Shown in pieces: positions 50,348-59,513 of a stretch of DNA of 64,000 nucleotides. Position 1 is the first letter of the stretch; each line of letters opens with the position of its first letter. Source of the DNA: Candidatus Bathyarchaeota archaeon. GTDB taxonomy: Archaea > Thermoproteota > Bathyarchaeia > 40CM-2-53-6. The notes beneath the pieces are model-generated. The model was not told the origin of the DNA and did no database searches. It was given only the letters and a program-made list of their open reading frames with translations. Position numbers and translations under genes: made by a program. The DNA lies in contig CAVTBR010000003.1 in NCBI GenBank assembly GCA_963733055.1, forward strand, positions 640,001 to 704,000, read 5' to 3'.

Positions 50348-51250
50348 ATGAGTACCGAAGTAATGCAGACATCTCTCGACAACCTTTACCGTGAACTCGA
50401 TGACCTAAGAACCAAGACCGCCGCCTCGAAAGCAGACATTGCAAACCTTCGAAGACGAATAGATGAGTCCGCAGACGAACGAGACGGGTTGAACGCGGAA
50501 GTCAAGAAGTTATCGGGCGAGGTAAAGAAGCTCAAGTCTCAACGCGATGCTTTGAATGGACACGTAAAGGAACTAAAGCTGAAACGTGATGAGCTGAGAA
50601 CTCAGGCTGGGGAGAAACGTGAAAGCCTGACGAAACTCTTGGATCAAACACATCTCATGTCTGAGCAAATCAAAGGCAGCGTCTCAGAACTGTACCGCCA
50701 GATCAACAGCCTCGAATGGTACATTCAAACGAATCCTCTGGCCCCGAAAACCGAGAGGAACATAATTGCCAAGATTAGCGTCTTGGAAAAGGATCTGGCG
50801 AAACATAAGGGACTCAGGAATGTCAAAGACAAATTGGTCCAGTTGCGAGTTGAAGTTGGGGCACTGAGAATCCAAGCCCAGGCAACACACGCGGAACTTA
50901 TGAAAATAGCTGAGGAAAGCGAGAAAGTTCACAAATCAATGTATGAACTAGCGAAGAAACTCATCGAGAAGAAGAAAGAAGCTGACTCGAAACACGCACG
51001 ATTCCTTGATCTGAATCAGGAACGCCGGGAGGCCGTAAGCAAACTACGGGATAATTTAGAACGCATCGACCAGCTCCGAACCAAGATAGGGGAAACGAAA
51101 GAGTCGCAGTCCCCGAGGTTGAAGGGAGAGAAAGTAAAGTCACAGTACAAAGAAGCTGCGACCGAGAAAATGCGAACCGGTGGAAAGTTGTCATTTGAAG
51201 AATTCCAAGCCTTAATGGGGGACTCGGGTTCAGATACCGACGAAGATTAG
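50348..51250 (+). CDS. Archaeal coiled-coil protein (COG1340-like)
   Basis: Heptad repeats, LEWYIQT and GKLSFEEF C-terminus. Confidence 0.8.
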   Translation: MSTEVMQTSLDNLYRELDDLRTKTAASKADIANLRRRIDESADERDGLNAEVKKLSGEVKKLKSQRDALNGHVKELKLKRDELRTQAGEKRESLTKLLDQTHLMSEQIKGSVSELYRQINSLEWYIQTNPLAPKTERNIIAKISVLEKDLAKHKGLRNVKDKLVQLRVEVGALRIQAQATHAELMKIAEESEKVHKSMYELAKKLIEKKKEADSKHARFLDLNQERREAVSKLRDNLERIDQLRTKIGETKESQSPRLKGEKVKSQYKEAATEKMRTGGKLSFEEFQALMGDSGSDTDED

Positions 51251-51268
51251 AAATTTCGTGCACGAACA

Positions 51269-52042
51269 TTGCCAAGAATAGCGATCATTGGCGGGAGCGG
51301 CCTAGAAGACCTGCTGCAAGGATCAAAGATAGTTCGCCTCGAAACACCATACGGCACACCGCCCCCAATCTCAGTTGGAGTAATCGGGCGAGAAGAGGTG
51401 GCCTTTCTTCCACGACATGGATCGAAACATGACCTCCCGCCTCACAAGATAAACTACAGAGCAAATCTCCATTCGCTTAAGCAAGTCGGCGTTGAAAGAA
51501 TCATAGCGACCAACGCCGTGGGCGCAATCAACGCCGCCTACAACCCTGGCGAATTGGTCATCCCATCTGACATTTTGGACATGACGAAGTCCCGAAGCGG
51601 CACCTATTTTGATGCCGCTCCAGTGACCCACATAGACGTAACGGAACCTTATTGCCCCGAACTAAGCCGCATATTGATCGACTGTTCTAAGGGAATCGAG
51701 GTTGCGACCTACGACAAAGCAATCCTAGCTGCAACTGAAGGCCCACGCTATGAGACACCAGCCGAAATTCGCATGCTCGAAAAACTCGGGGGAGATATCG
51801 TTGGCATGACGGGAGCTCCGGAGGTCTTCTTAGCAAGGGAGCTTGAGATATGCTACTCGACGCTTTGCTTCATTTCGAATAAGGCAGCCGGTCTCCAGGA
51901 GCGATTGTCCCATATCGAAGTCATCAATGTTGCCAAGCGGATGTTGCCGTCAATGGAACAAGTGATTCGCGCAGCGATTGAGAGAATTCCAACTCAGAGA
52001 TCATGCATGTGCGCAAAGGCCACGAGTCAGGGCCGTGTGTAA
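51269..52042 (+). CDS. mtnP: 5'-methylthioadenosine/inosine phosphorylase
   Basis: IIGGSG, FLPRHG, EGPRYETPAE and VGMT motifs. Confidence 0.9.
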   Translation: MPRIAIIGGSGLEDLLQGSKIVRLETPYGTPPPISVGVIGREEVAFLPRHGSKHDLPPHKINYRANLHSLKQVGVERIIATNAVGAINAAYNPGELVIPSDILDMTKSRSGTYFDAAPVTHIDVTEPYCPELSRILIDCSKGIEVATYDKAILAATEGPRYETPAEIRMLEKLGGDIVGMTGAPEVFLARELEICYSTLCFISNKAAGLQERLSHIEVINVAKRMLPSMEQVIRAAIERIPTQRSCMCAKATSQGRV

Positions 52043-52045
52043 CCT

Positions 52046-52828
52046 ATGCTGCCGACCCTCCTCAAGGCCATTGGCGTGTACTCGTTCTATGAAAGATGGT
52101 TGGAAGACGAGGTAAGTTCAGATAAGATGCCCGAACACGTCGGGATAATACTTGATGGTAACAGACGATGGGGGTTCGAGAAGTACGGTGTGAAACTCAA
52201 TGGCCATCTGTACGGAGCACGTACGGGAGAAGATTTTCTCGAATGGTGCCTTGATCTCGGGATCAAAACCGTCACACTCTATGTTTTTTCAACAGAAAAC
52301 TTCACCAGGCCGAAGGAAGAGATCAGCACGATACTGAAGCTGATCGAAAACGAGACCCGCAAGCTCGTAATCGATAAGCGGATTCATGCGAACAAAGTGC
52401 ATGTGAAAGCGATAGGTCGGCTGGAATTACTCCCAGACACGTTGAAGGACGCTTTGGCTGAAGTTGAGAAGGTAACGGCTGACTACGATGAGCACTACTT
52501 GAACATCGCCGTGGCTTACGGGGGCAGGGCAGAGATCGTCGATGCCGCAAAACGGATAATTGACGAGGTCAAGAGCGGGGCATTAGATGAGGACCTTGTC
52601 GACGAGGACACTTTCAGAAAGTACCTTTACACCTCGTATCTACCGAACCCCTACCCTGAACTCATAATCCGAACCTCAGGCGAGGAGAGATTGAGCGGCT
52701 TCCTTCTCTGGCAGGCGGCCTACAGCGAGTTCGTCTTCCTAGACGTCTACTGGCCGGAATTTCGCAAAATCGACCTACTCAGAGCCGTAAGAACCTACCA
52801 ACGCCGAAAACGAAGGTTCGGCACGTAG
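52046..52828 (+). CDS. uppS: cis-Prenyltransferase (polyprenyl diphosphate synthase)
   Basis: ILDGNRR, FSTENF, YGGR and RTSGEERLSGFLLWQ motifs. Confidence 0.96.
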   Translation: MLPTLLKAIGVYSFYERWLEDEVSSDKMPEHVGIILDGNRRWGFEKYGVKLNGHLYGARTGEDFLEWCLDLGIKTVTLYVFSTENFTRPKEEISTILKLIENETRKLVIDKRIHANKVHVKAIGRLELLPDTLKDALAEVEKVTADYDEHYLNIAVAYGGRAEIVDAAKRIIDEVKSGALDEDLVDEDTFRKYLYTSYLPNPYPELIIRTSGEERLSGFLLWQAAYSEFVFLDVYWPEFRKIDLLRAVRTYQRRKRRFGT

Positions 52829-53026
52829 AAGCACGCTATTCCGGCTGGTGGGAAATACTGGAAGTTGGGGTTCTAGGTCGTGTTGTTTCGAGGGTTTCTG
52901 GCGTGGTTTGGGCCTGATCTGGGTTGTTTGGCGGATTTTTTGGGGGGAGGGGTTTTGGGGTTCTGTTAACTTAATTGAGGTTGTCATGACTTCAAACCCA
53001 GCATAATCAGACGACTGCAGCCGATG

Positions 53027-53452
53027 TCAAGTTCTTCTCAGTAGTCTGAAGTTGGCGAACGTTCGCCAGATAACATAGACAAGACCGGCAATTGCAGCAA
53101 TTATGGGAATGATTCCCCAGCCGTGGAGCGACTCGTAGGTTAGCGTTATGAAGTTGTAAAAGAGCAAAATCAGTGAGATGAAATATACGCTTTCCGAGAC
53201 GATATACTCCTCTGAACTATAGGAGGTTCTCGCCATTTCTCCTGCAATAGCGAAAGTGATTGTGCAAAGCAGGAGACCGACCTTCACCGACACCGGAAAT
53301 GAGTTCCCCAGAAGGCCAATCATGAACACTAGAGAGGCGAATGAAAACCCCGAAAGCGTCAGCGCAGTTGCTTGAGAGCTGCTGCAGCACCCAAGAATGT
53401 TCCTCCGGAATCTCACGCTTGAGACCAAACTTCTTCCGCAAATCAAATTCAC
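53027..53452 (-). CDS. Hypothetical membrane protein (start uncertain)
   Basis: About four hydrophobic helices. Confidence 0.5.
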   Translation of the reverse strand: MNLICGRSLVSSVRFRRNILGCCSSSQATALTLSGFSFASLVFMIGLLGNSFPVSVKVGLLLCTITFAIAGEMARTSYSSEEYIVSESVYFISLILLFYNFITLTYESLHGWGIIPIIAAIAGLVYVIWRTFANFRLLRRT

Positions 53453-53456
53453 CCAA

Positions 53457-54140
53457 TCACAAAGTGGAAGGTGTTTGAGATTCCTGTTCGGCCTTATGAA
53501 TGATCATCCTGCCGATAGCAGAGAAAACGATCAGAGTGAAGGCGGTAATAACGATGGGGTTGGGCACCCATCGCAGCAGCCCTTGGTAGGACGCCCAGAA
53601 AACGAATGCTCCCACAGCCAACCCAACTCCAGTTCCCTTCATGGTCGAGGAAACTTTCAGGTTCAAGAAGTAGGCTATCATAACCGTAACCCACCAACCG
53701 ATCAGGAACGTAGAAAAAGCGAGTACACCGGTTATTCCAACGATACCCGCATGGGCGACCAAGTAGTTCGATATGGGAAAATATTGCCTCTTTAAGCGCA
53801 TTAGGTGCGGCGCCACACGAGAGTATTGTTCGACCGAGCGTAAGACCCTCAAACTTGCATATGTCGCAAACGCAAGAATTGGCATAACCAGCGCTACGGA
53901 TACGTAGGATGGAAGTCCGATCGCAGATCCATTTGCAATTGCCAAACCAAAGCCTCCTAGTAGAGATAGAAGAACAAATTGCGAAGGCCAGGCCCTGAGA
54001 AGACCACCGACTATGACGCCAATCAAGAACACGATTCCAACAGTAAGTAAGGGATAGGCATCTAGGAATCGGCGAAGCGACTCGATTTCCGGCGAAAAGA
54101 TCGAGTAAAATGCTTCTCTACTTTTCCTGATTCTCAGCAT
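53457..54140 (-). CDS. Hypothetical multi-pass membrane protein
   Basis: 227-aa ORF with ~6 TM. Confidence 0.65.
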   Translation of the reverse strand: MLRIRKSREAFYSIFSPEIESLRRFLDAYPLLTVGIVFLIGVIVGGLLRAWPSQFVLLSLLGGFGLAIANGSAIGLPSYVSVALVMPILAFATYASLRVLRSVEQYSRVAPHLMRLKRQYFPISNYLVAHAGIVGITGVLAFSTFLIGWWVTVMIAYFLNLKVSSTMKGTGVGLAVGAFVFWASYQGLLRWVPNPIVITAFTLIVFSAIGRMIIHKAEQESQTPSTL

Positions 54141-54230
54141 TTTGGCTGCCCTGAGCTTTTAGGAGGCCATGTTTTCTCCTTGAAATAAGAATAAAAATAG
54201 AGTGAATTAGCTTAATCCGCACCATTCCTT

Positions 54231-54587
54231 TCATACCTTCAGAAACATCTTCTTGGCTTCCTCAACACGCTTCACGTACTCGTGAGGATCGTCGGACAAT
54301 GACACATTTGACGCTGGAAGAGTCAAGCCTAATTCCGCGTATAGTTTTCGAACAATTCTCCCACCCAGAACTCTACCGCCGACTCCGAACGACCCTTTGA
54401 GTGCTGCGAAAAACTCGTTCAGATGACTCGAAACCTCTGCGGGGCTTATTCCAAGATAGGCGTAGAGGTGATAGCCGAAAGCGTCTGCAACATTTCTACC
54501 TAGGACTTCGGCGATAGTCTCCTCAATCGATTTAATGAGCGCACTATTGAATCGCTCTTCCGGATTCTGGGTCTCCGGTGACGTCAT
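54231..54587 (-). CDS. Hypothetical helical protein (resembles archaeal signalling output domains)
   Basis: IEETIAEVLG...F..ALKGSFG...IVRKLY pattern. Confidence 0.6.
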   Translation of the reverse strand: MTSPETQNPEERFNSALIKSIEETIAEVLGRNVADAFGYHLYAYLGISPAEVSSHLNEFFAALKGSFGVGGRVLGGRIVRKLYAELGLTLPASNVSLSDDPHEYVKRVEEAKKMFLKV

Positions 54588-54802
54588 TGTCGGTCGACCT
54601 TCTTAACTGAATTGCGAATCGCGTCCAGTGTGATTCTTTTGGGATCGTAATCGACAGTCAGCATCTGCAATATGTGATCGGCTTCTGACTTCGAGACCCC
54701 TTTCAGGTTCTTGACTGCCATTCTTGCTTTCTCTAACCTGCTGGGATCATCAGTATCCCATATGCGAATGGTACACATCGCTCTGCTTTTCTTCTCCCGC
54801 AT
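54584..54802 (-). CDS. HMA-fold small protein lacking CxxC
   Basis: LKGVSK...VDYDPKRITLDAIRNSV tail typical of HMA domains. Confidence 0.6.
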   Translation of the reverse strand: MREKKSRAMCTIRIWDTDDPSRLEKARMAVKNLKGVSKSEADHILQMLTVDYDPKRITLDAIRNSVKKVDRQ

Positions 54803-54847
54803 GAGTAGCATCCCACTCACATCTTGGGGAGTGTCGCTATTTCATTG

Positions 54848-54909
54848 GGGCGTATTTTTTGTAGTGACGTCTCTGGTGTTCGCTACTTTCGGTCACAAAA
54901 AATACGTCC
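54848..54909. repeat. 15-bp inverted repeat (one mismatch) with 32-nt spacer in a divergent intergenic region
   Basis: GGGCGTATTTTTTGT ... ACAAAAAATACGTCC. Confidence 0.7.
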
Positions 54910-54966
54910 TATTGAAGTGTTATCCGGTCCTTATGCACGCTATCGATGAGGGGGGGTGAAATTTAG

Positions 54967-55209
54967 ATGGAAGTTGAAAATCGAAAGCTGCCTAGTTGGG
55001 CGCGAGCTCTAGCTGTCATGGTAGGGTTAGTTACGCTTGTGGCGGGGTTCCTTGTATTGGTGTTTCCAGCGCTCGGAGTTCTCTTTGTTGTGTACCTTCT
55101 AGCGTTTGCACTCATTCTCCTCGGCGTAGAGAGGCTTGGAATGGGAATTACGGGCCACGCCTACACAATTACAGCCAAGAGTAAGAAACCAGAACCAGCG
55201 AGAACCTGA
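54967..55209 (+). CDS. DUF308/HdeD-like small membrane protein
   Basis: Two TM helices with G..LV.P pattern; GGGGTGA RBS. Confidence 0.7.
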   Translation: MEVENRKLPSWARALAVMVGLVTLVAGFLVLVFPALGVLFVVYLLAFALILLGVERLGMGITGHAYTITAKSKKPEPART

Positions 55210-55365
55210 TTCGCCTCAATGAATCGCAGGACACTTTGGAGAACTATCGTTCTCCACTCCTACCCACTCCTACTGTTTTCTTTTCCTATGTCGCGTCAAA
55301 AAATTCAAGGGAATCAGCTCACACTTTAAAGGAGGTTCAATAGAATAATTCAGGGCTATTTGTAA

Positions 55366-55887
55366 TTGGTGAAGAAAGAAAAGAGTGTGACAAGGTCGTT
55401 TCGAGTAAGCGAAACTGCATTCAAGGCTCTAGAGGAAGACGCTGCGACGCGGAATGTTAGTGTGAATACTCTTGTGAACCAGCTCTTGCTCGCATACGCA
55501 AACTGGGGTCGATTTTTTGATAAGATTGGGGCAGTTCGCATCCCAAAAGAAGCGTTAAGCCGACTCTTAGATGCCTCTTCCAATGAGGCAGTCATCGAAG
55601 CTGCTCGCCTCTCAGGATTGGACACTCCAAGAGCGATCATGCTCGCAAAACATGGAACCCTATCCCTAACCACAGTCTTGGACTTCATTCGCGGAGGCGC
55701 CGCCTATGGCGGGTTCGCAGAGTACAGTGAGGTGGAGAATCAAGGGAAATTAGTCGTCACGATAATGCACAATATGGGCCGGAAAGCATCAATTTATTTC
55801 GGCAGCCTCCTAGAAGCTATATTTGCAAACATAGATCGTCACCCTAAAATTAGCTCAAGTGAACACTCAGTCCTAATCGAAATCTAG
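55366..55887 (+). CDS. Ribbon-helix-helix DNA-binding protein with C-terminal domain
   Basis: TRSFRV...LEEDA..RNVSVNTLVNQLL pattern. Confidence 0.7.
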   Translation: MVKKEKSVTRSFRVSETAFKALEEDAATRNVSVNTLVNQLLLAYANWGRFFDKIGAVRIPKEALSRLLDASSNEAVIEAARLSGLDTPRAIMLAKHGTLSLTTVLDFIRGGAAYGGFAEYSEVENQGKLVVTIMHNMGRKASIYFGSLLEAIFANIDRHPKISSSEHSVLIEI

Positions 55888-56039
55888 AGCCGACGATATT
55901 CGCTGGCCAAGTCCTCCTCACAAGCGTTCTTCTTTAGATGAAAAACAAGACCGCAATTTCACTTTCTATATTGATTTAGAAACTCGGCAGAGTTAATCAT
56001 GGCGGGAACTAGGCAAAATCAAGTGAGGACGAACAGCAC

Positions 56040-56357
56040 ATGGAACTTTTCATCTTCGCTCGCTTCCATGCTCGTGAAGGGAAACAGGACGCGGTAGAGG
56101 CAGCATTGCGTGAGGAAATACCACAAGCGCGCAAAGAACCGGGCTGCTTGGCAATTAACGCCTATCGTTCTGCTCGCGACCCGACGTTGTTTTTCATTCA
56201 TTCACGTTGGACTGACGAGAAGGCGTTTGATGCTCATGCGGAAATGCAGCATACGTTGCACTTCATCAGGAGCGTGGAACCGCTGATCGACCATGCCTTA
56301 GACGTGAACCGCACGAACCTCATTGAGATTCCAGCGCGGGTAAAGGAGGTCTCATGA
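56040..56357 (+). CDS. ABM family (putative quinol monooxygenase)
   Basis: RKEPGCL and W.DEKAFDAH...H motifs. Confidence 0.85.
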   Translation: MELFIFARFHAREGKQDAVEAALREEIPQARKEPGCLAINAYRSARDPTLFFIHSRWTDEKAFDAHAEMQHTLHFIRSVEPLIDHALDVNRTNLIEIPARVKEVS

Positions 56358-56358
56358 C

Positions 56359-56522
56359 GTGAAGTACACTGCAGTCATAAGAGAACAGGGTCCAGCTTGG
56401 AATTCATCCGCATTGATGAGGGAACAGAAGGGTGGAAAAATCACGCTGCCTTCATGGACGCTCTTGCCGGAGAAGGATTTGTAGTTCTAGGCGGCCCGCT
56501 AGATAAATGCGAAAGGCATTGA
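56359..56522 (+). pseudogene. YciI-like gene remnant
   Basis: GPAW...MREQ(K)GW..HAAFMD...GFVVLGGPL with a frameshift at ~56431 and truncation; GGAGGT RBS. Confidence 0.65.
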
Positions 56523-56614
56523 TAACCTATCTCATGCTCGCCATTACTCTAATAGTACGGGGAGCAGGTGTAATCTCAGTGGACTCTATCCTTGGCTTTT
56601 AGGGAGGGAAATGA

Positions 56615-57037
56615 ATGAGTCACGTTGCTATGAATGACGTAGAACTTCGGGAATTCCTCTCTCAACCCTTGATCGCTGATTTTGTGACCTTGAACAAGGA
56701 CGGTTCCCCACAGATCACGCCTGTCGATTACTATTTTGACGGAACCTACCTCTACTTCTCGACCACTACTGACCGGGCGAAGGGTAGGAATGTAAAACGT
56801 GACAACAGAATCGCCGTCTCAATCCGAAACGAGAATGCTCACAAAGTAGTTCTCTTTGCAGGCATCGCCGACATCTTGGATGACTCGGACCATGCTCTAG
56901 TTCGTAGGATCGTTGCAAGGTATTGGCCGCCAGACAAGGTCGATGCAACGCTAAGCGGTCTGGAGGCCAACCGAATCATACTCCGAATGAAGCCAACCAA
57001 GACGATCAGCTGGGACTACGCCAAATCAGGAAACTAA
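56615..57037 (+). CDS. PPOX-class (split beta-barrel) flavin/F420-binding protein
   Basis: TLNKDGSPQITPV, KGRNVKRDNRIAV and ISWDY motifs. Confidence 0.88.
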   Translation: MSHVAMNDVELREFLSQPLIADFVTLNKDGSPQITPVDYYFDGTYLYFSTTTDRAKGRNVKRDNRIAVSIRNENAHKVVLFAGIADILDDSDHALVRRIVARYWPPDKVDATLSGLEANRIILRMKPTKTISWDYAKSGN

Positions 57038-57065
57038 CAGAGGTGACTAACAAAGGTCCACGAAT

Positions 57066-57190
57066 AATCCTCAAGGTATCACTGTCGTTGGGGTGCTTAT
57101 GATTATTGTTGGTTTGGCGGAGGTGGCGACTGGTTTCAGCCATAGCTTTCTTGGCATTATCTCTACAAGCTCTGAGTTTAACACCCGTCT
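57066..57190 (+). pseudogene. Membrane-protein fragment truncated at the right inverted repeat
   Basis: NPQGITVVGVLMIIVGLAEVATGFSHSFLG reading frame runs into the repeat; no in-frame start. Confidence 0.45.
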
Positions 57191-57298
57191 AAGTTAACAG
57201 AACCGGGGTGACTGCCAACGGATTACTGTTGGCGAGGGTGGAATTAGTTACAGTTACCTCCCATGCTGAAATTCCCGGCTAGTTGATTTTGGGGGGTT

Positions 57299-57808
57299 GT
57301 GGTTCGGTGGCCGAACGATATGAGGTTGCGTGATTTGTTTTTCGAGACGCGCCTGCGTGGTTTGTTTGGACGGGCGGGCGTGGGGCCGGAGGTTAGGGTG
57401 CAGAGGATTTGCAACCGTATCCTCGACGGGTTGAACTACACCCCAGCCGCGCCTGCGTCCGCTGGAGGACTAGTAGAGCCGAGTGGCGGAAAGGATGGGG
57501 AGAGAACCGACACCCATCCCAAGCTTGGGGATGGACCGACGCGGCCGTGGCTTCTTTTGCACATGCGCCAGATCATGGAGATAGCTTTGGACCGGGTGAC
57601 GAACCCGAAAACTCCGACTGGAGACCGGATCAAATGGTCCCGCGTCCTAATCAGCGCAGGCCAAGCCTGCAACTCCGTCCTCCGTGACGTAGACATAGAG
57701 GCGTTGAAAAAGGAAATTCAAGAGCTCAGGCAGCTCACCGAGGAAAAGCTGAGAGATGAGCAAGGCAGCGATCAGGAAGAACATAGACCAACTCCGCAGA
57801 CAGATTAA
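57299..57808 (+). CDS. Hypothetical protein with C-terminal coiled coil
   Basis: 169-aa ORF; RIKWSRV...IEALKKEIQEL. Confidence 0.6.
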   Translation: MVRWPNDMRLRDLFFETRLRGLFGRAGVGPEVRVQRICNRILDGLNYTPAAPASAGGLVEPSGGKDGERTDTHPKLGDGPTRPWLLLHMRQIMEIALDRVTNPKTPTGDRIKWSRVLISAGQACNSVLRDVDIEALKKEIQELRQLTEEKLRDEQGSDQEEHRPTPQTD

Positions 57809-58511
57809 CCACACACCGCGAATCTGGCGATTCCGCGGACGACGAGTCGTCCCAGCCGAGAAATGGCAGTACGAGGACTGGACAACCTTCCCAGACACAT
57901 TCACCCTAGTCCTCATGAGCGCACACCCCCCAAAGGAATGGATGAAAGACTACAACGACCTCATGAACCAAACCAAAGACCCACAATTCGGGTGGCAAAT
58001 CTGCCTACAAAACTGCGCCATCTACCACGCGCAGACGCAGAAAGAAGAAGTAGACCGGCGGCGATGGACGCCCGACCGAGGCGGCGAAGAAGCCCAACAA
58101 AAATTCTATGACGAATGCGGAAAAACCCGCGCCGACGAATTCCGACGTGAAGACGCATTCGAACAGGTCAAGCTCAGAATCCTCAACGAACTCACAGGAG
58201 CACACGGCCGAACCTGCACCATCATCAACTTCTTCAAATGCCCCTACGGCGACGAACACAACATCCTTCTCGACGAGGGCAGGGCGGCCGGGAGGTTACT
58301 GGAACACCTTGAATGGTACAACAAACACTGGAACCGAAGCTCCACTAATACACCCACCCAAGACGAAATGAAATGGTACCACTACAACGAACCCCCAATC
58401 CTCGACGTAACAAACTACGACGACGTTCGCAAGGCGCTGGAGGATGGAAGGCTCAATAAAATCATCGCTGAGCACACGCGCTACCGGAAGGAGAGCGGGT
58501 ACGAGCGCTAG
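57756..58511 (+). CDS. Hypothetical protein with Cys motifs
   Basis: 251-aa ORF overlapping the upstream gene; CLQNC and C-x7-CPYG motifs. Confidence 0.65.
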   Translation: MSKAAIRKNIDQLRRQINHTPRIWRFRGRRVVPAEKWQYEDWTTFPDTFTLVLMSAHPPKEWMKDYNDLMNQTKDPQFGWQICLQNCAIYHAQTQKEEVDRRRWTPDRGGEEAQQKFYDECGKTRADEFRREDAFEQVKLRILNELTGAHGRTCTIINFFKCPYGDEHNILLDEGRAAGRLLEHLEWYNKHWNRSSTNTPTQDEMKWYHYNEPPILDVTNYDDVRKALEDGRLNKIIAEHTRYRKESGYER

Positions 58512-58611
58512 GCCTTCTAACATGCAGAGGAAATTTGGGAGTAATCCTCAGAAGTCAATTCAACGCGTCGCAGCACTAAGCCGTTCTAAGAGGCCCTTAC
58601 GCGGGTTAAGA

Positions 58612-58824
58612 TCAGGTTGACATTGGAGTCTTTTTAATACGATTTCTTAGACCGACTATAGTGATACCTACGAGTTCTCCGCCCCTTGTCCTAATCACAA
58701 CGCCCTCCTGTGGCTCTATGGAGTCGTCTGCTTCTCTCGGCGAGCCAACGGAAATGTAGAGAACATCGCTCTCCTCATCGTAATCGATATCGAGGTTCTC
58801 TGGCTTCAGGACTAGGCTTTCCAC
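58612..58824 (-). CDS. DUF2283 family putative antitoxin
   Basis: YDEESDVLYI...GELVGITI pattern. Confidence 0.85.
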   Translation of the reverse strand: MESLVLKPENLDIDYDEESDVLYISVGSPREADDSIEPQEGVVIRTRGGELVGITIVGLRNRIKKTPMST

Positions 58825-59153
58825 ACAACCTCACCCTTTACTCGCTTTAGGTTCGAAGTGAAGTATGCGGTTATTATAGCCTTCTCGTCGTCTTCCTCTC
58901 GGTAGACCACCACTAGATACTTCTTCGAGCCCAGGTGGGTTCTATCTATGCACTTAACGGCCTTCATTCGCCCCGCATAGCCTTTGAAAATGACTTCAGG
59001 CTTTCCAAGAGTTTCTTTGATCCACTCCTCGTAACGTGAAACCTCTGGATGCCTTTCGCGGATGTGTTTCCGGGCTGCTTCTGAAAGGGTCAAGCTTCTC
59101 GGAGGGCGGTGTGTTGGACTATTGAACCTTGCCGGTAGTACGAGACTTGTCAT
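58812..59153 (-). CDS. BECR/RelE-like putative toxin nuclease
   Basis: HIRERHPE...P...KYLVVVY...IITAY pattern; overlaps the DUF2283 gene. Confidence 0.8.
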   Translation of the reverse strand: MTSLVLPARFNSPTHRPPRSLTLSEAARKHIRERHPEVSRYEEWIKETLGKPEVIFKGYAGRMKAVKCIDRTHLGSKKYLVVVYREEDDEKAIITAYFTSNLKRVKGEVVWKA

Positions 59154-59270
59154 TGGTGACAGCTTCTCGCGTGCGCGACTCACCGCCCCCCATGGCGGAA
59201 TCCCAATGTTCGAGCGCATCGTTGCACGAAGTTTTAAGATATAGATTACAACTTACAGATAGCGGTCCTA

Positions 59271-59477
59271 ATGGCCAATAAGACAATAGCTGTGGACGAG
59301 CGAGTGTGGCGGAGATTGAAAGCGATGATGAAGGACGAGAAGGCCGACAGCTTTGGAGAATTAGTCGCTAAGCTGATTGAGAAGCGGAAAGCAGTGTCGT
59401 CGTCAATGTTTGGCATTGATAGCGGAAGTGGTCTCAAATTTACTCAACGGGAACACGAACAGATTATTCGAGACTAG
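59271..59477 (+). CDS. VapB-type antitoxin (DUF217-like)
   Basis: KTIAVDERVWRRLK...SFGELV..LI pattern. Confidence 0.8.
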   Translation: MANKTIAVDERVWRRLKAMMKDEKADSFGELVAKLIEKRKAVSSSMFGIDSGSGLKFTQREHEQIIRD

Positions 59478-59513
59478 CTTAGAGGTCGGACCGCTGAACG
59501 AATGCTGGTCGGG

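Larger units (their letters stand above)
52959..57204. mobile_element. 4.25-kb cargo segment bounded by a perfect 15-bp inverted repeat; no transposase
   Basis: GGTTCTGTTAACTTA at 52959-52973 and TAAGTTAACAGAACC at 57190-57204; gene truncated at the right repeat. Confidence 0.5.

Noticed and set aside
50191-50348. Second C/D-box RNA on the minus strand
   Set aside because: Isolated ATGAGG/CTGA boxes without proper spacing or a terminal stem.
52940-52973. Complete dif/Xer site at the inverted repeats
   Set aside because: Only one arm resembles an Xer box; there is no 11-6-11 dyad at either copy.
58514-58612. Integron attC site (TTCTAAC...GTTAAGA) before the toxin-antitoxin pair
   Set aside because: No convincing internal hairpin, no repeated sites and no integrase.
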